From NCBI GenBank assembly GCA_043228905.1, contig JBHGNT010000002.1, positions 868,001 through 932,000 on the forward strand: 64,000 nucleotides of DNA, read 5' to 3'. A program made the translations under genes and the position numbers. How positions within the stretch are numbered: the first letter of the stretch is position 1; each line of letters starts with the position of its first letter. This DNA comes from Azolla caroliniana (Eukaryota > Plantae > Polypodiophyta). Below the pieces are notes generated by a model, which had not been told where the DNA came from, made no database searches, and was given only the letters and a program-made list of their open reading frames with translations. Positions 62,101 through 64,000 of the stretch are shown one piece after another.

Positions 62101-64000
62101 CTGTATCAATGCCAAACTTTTGCCATGGAAATAATGGCATCAGAATTCTTTTTACAGAAATACAAAAAAGTTCAGCGACCAGTTCTTCAGCAAGGTTCAG
62201 ATGACAATATAAAAGTGTCACAGACTGATTCTAGGATCAGAAAGAAGGGAAATGAGCTTACACTGCTTCAGTTAACAGAAGCAATTAATCCCACAAAACT
62301 TAGGTTCTCAATCTGTGGATGCCGTTATGAGAAGAAGGTTGTCAAGGGAGCAAGAGTAAGCGTCTTATAATTCTTTCTATTTCTATTGTGAAAGTTTTAT
62401 TTCTATGTCAATTTCTATTTATATGCTATCTATAGAAAAGAAGTTAATGTGCATAATAGTATCACCCTTTGATGCATGTGATTAATTTGTTTATTTGTGA
62501 ATAGAATGTCTATCCAAATAAACATTCTCCACATGATCTGAAGATATCAGATTGTAAGTTTGTAGTCATTTCAACTGTTCAGTATTAACAGTAAATAACA
62601 AATCCAGCTTTAATTCATATTATTTAATCAATGTACGTATTATGAAGCTCATGGATATCTTTTAGCATATATTTCAGGCAGAGATGCGGGCATTGATAGT
62701 AAGCTTGTTGTTGAAGATTCTTACCAATGATGAACTTGGCCTTAGTGCTCCGCTCCTCAGATTTCTCCAACAGGCATTGAAAATGGTCATTTTCTCTTTG
62801 AATTGTTTTATTTGTGGGTTTTTGTAAGTTTGGTATGAAGGTGGTCTTATCCACATCAATGGATATTCATCTATGTTGTTGGTTGACATTTATTTCTAGA
62901 ATCAACTTTGCCATTGAGTTAGATTCTAAGAAAGACTATATCATTATAATTTGAACAGAACCTAGTTCCCAGGGCAGCTACCAAGTTTGGATATAATTAA
63001 TTTTGCTATTTTTTTCCTGACCTCCATGTAGCGTCTTTACATTTGAAGTGTGGTGGGAATGACATTCTGGAACCGTAACTTATCATGGCCACAATTTGAG
63101 ATCTTATACGTGAGAACTTTGATTGCAGGTTGTAGATCACACTGCCTTCCAAGGAATTTTGAGCAATTATTTATCTCATGGATATGGGTATGTTTCTTGA
63201 CTAAGGGAATTACACAACCAATTTCTTATTTTTGTGTTTCTTGATTAAAGAAATTAGGCAACTGATTTCTCTTTTTTTCAGATCTGGTAAAGAGCTACAA
63301 ATACTTGTAATGAATGACCTTTATTTTCATTTGCAAGGGGAGCTTGAGGCTGGTAGACATATTCCAGCTGGGGCATTTGAAGATCTGGTATCACTTCTTG
63401 ATACTATGGATATAGCTCCCTTTGTTTTCAATAGTAAAGAGAGACAGCATGAGAAGTTTCAACCTTTGGATGCTCGTTGTTTTCTCTATGATACTACACA
63501 ATTGAGGGAGCACTTGGGCCTTGAATGGTGGTCTCAAACACCCTTGCATATTGTGCAAACAGCAGAAAACACTCTTGATTTTCTGCAACAAGCAAACTCT
63601 ATGGCTTGTCTAGGAACATGTCAGGTCTTTACATTGGACGCTTTAAGCAGTGTGTTGTCTCTGTTTATTACTACTGAGGAAGAGGTAACCCTATTTCTAG
63701 CCTCTTTTTATGGACATTTGTATTTATGGATCATGATTTTGTTTGTTTATCGGACAGGTGGGGGTGGGGATAAAGGTTAAGTGGACTGCCAGTTTTATCA
63801 CAGAATTATGTAGTTGTATTTCTGAAACTATCAACCACTTAACTCCTGATAGTGATCCCACTCGATATGTTGAAAGCTTGATATCAGCACAATCACGCTT
63901 GCTTGATGTATTGATGAACTGGTTTGACATTTGCATGAAGGCCGAGTATGTAGAAGAAGAAGTAGAGAATATTTGTCCTAAGGTGATGAACACTTTTTTG
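44009..64000 (+). CDS. NUP188: Nuclear pore complex protein NUP188, exons 1-30 (3' incomplete)
   Basis: Exons: 44009-44149, 45630-45803, 46661-46747, 48676-48745, 49008-49141, 50618-50758, 51555-51712, 51914-52076, 52422-52520, 52592-52663, 52742-52801, 52893-53050, 53205-53403, 53795-53917, 54567-54652, 54784-54894, 55162-55227, 55318-55403, 57274-57422, 58742-58888, 58970-59083, 59880-59987, 60088-60195, 61048-61161, 61466-61632, 61911-62355, 62678-62785, 63129-63187, 63282-63684, 63758->64000. All introns are GT-AG and the frame is continuous. Motifs VDETLWWD, LDEVQTYIL, ERQCLLKC, LWAEE, EFWDRES, EGMWPAECVYNFL and DLYFHLQGELE match plant NUP188 as I recall it. Confidence 0.92.
47069..47360 (-). 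mobile_element. Short RTE-X-like LINE 3' end in NUP188 intron 3 with (GATA)n at its terminus
   Basis: (GATA)3 followed by TTTTTACCGTCCACA, resembling the termini at 5970 and 26619. Minus ORF HLIALHC...DRFH resembles the decayed CCHC tail. Confidence 0.5.
50011..50308. repeat. 131-bp direct duplication with an inverted spacer forming a perfect 29-bp hairpin
   Basis: 50011-50141 equals 50178-50308. 50143-50171 is the reverse complement of 50182-50210. Confidence 0.95.
56032..56420. repeat. Diverged ~90-100-bp tandem repeat (3-4 units) in NUP188 intron 18
   Basis: tgctcttcag.taaatgc..aaggggtg...gaggttaagactccatgt...gtgttagtgag recurs. Confidence 0.85.
58111..58374. repeat. Tandem duplication, 2 x ~131 bp, in NUP188 intron 19
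   Basis: gtcttcag.attcacaacttcactctgattgagg...tacattttcctaaagaa.atctaaagctaca occurs twice. Confidence 0.9.

Noticed and set aside
7642-64000. U12-type or non-canonical introns in the three genes
   Set aside because: No (G/A)TATCCT donor was found; all modelled introns are ordinary GT-AG.

Overview
Land-plant nuclear DNA: AT-rich, with GT-AG introns and many (GA)n tracts. The PPR and transposon families suggest a fern or other non-seed plant, but that is inference. Three host genes can be rebuilt exon by exon: an 18-exon aminoalcoholphosphotransferase (AAPT, minus strand, 7642-11805, 389 aa), a 2-exon sn-2 glycerol-3-phosphate acyltransferase of the GPAT4/6/8 type (minus, 35020-37875, 527 aa), and the first 30 exons of nucleoporin NUP188 (plus, from 44009, running off the window). 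Between AAPT and GPAT lies a nested transposon block. An old, decayed MULE-like DNA transposon (~12.97-26.25 kb) carries a solo LTR (TSD TTATG), an L1 fragment and a deleted Copia (TSD ACCTT), and that Copia contains a full-length but pseudogenised second Copia. Also present are microsatellite-associated RTE/RTEX-like LINE ends, L1 fragments, an interstitial telomere-like tract, a decayed PPR gene and several tandem duplications. I found no prokaryote-type system. The most interesting signals are a D-to-H change in the GPAT phosphatase motif, an in-frame duplicated splice acceptor and a uORF in AAPT, a duplication-inversion hairpin and a templated exon copy in NUP188 introns, and the recurring MULE-like family. 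Homology calls rest on recalled motifs, not database searches.
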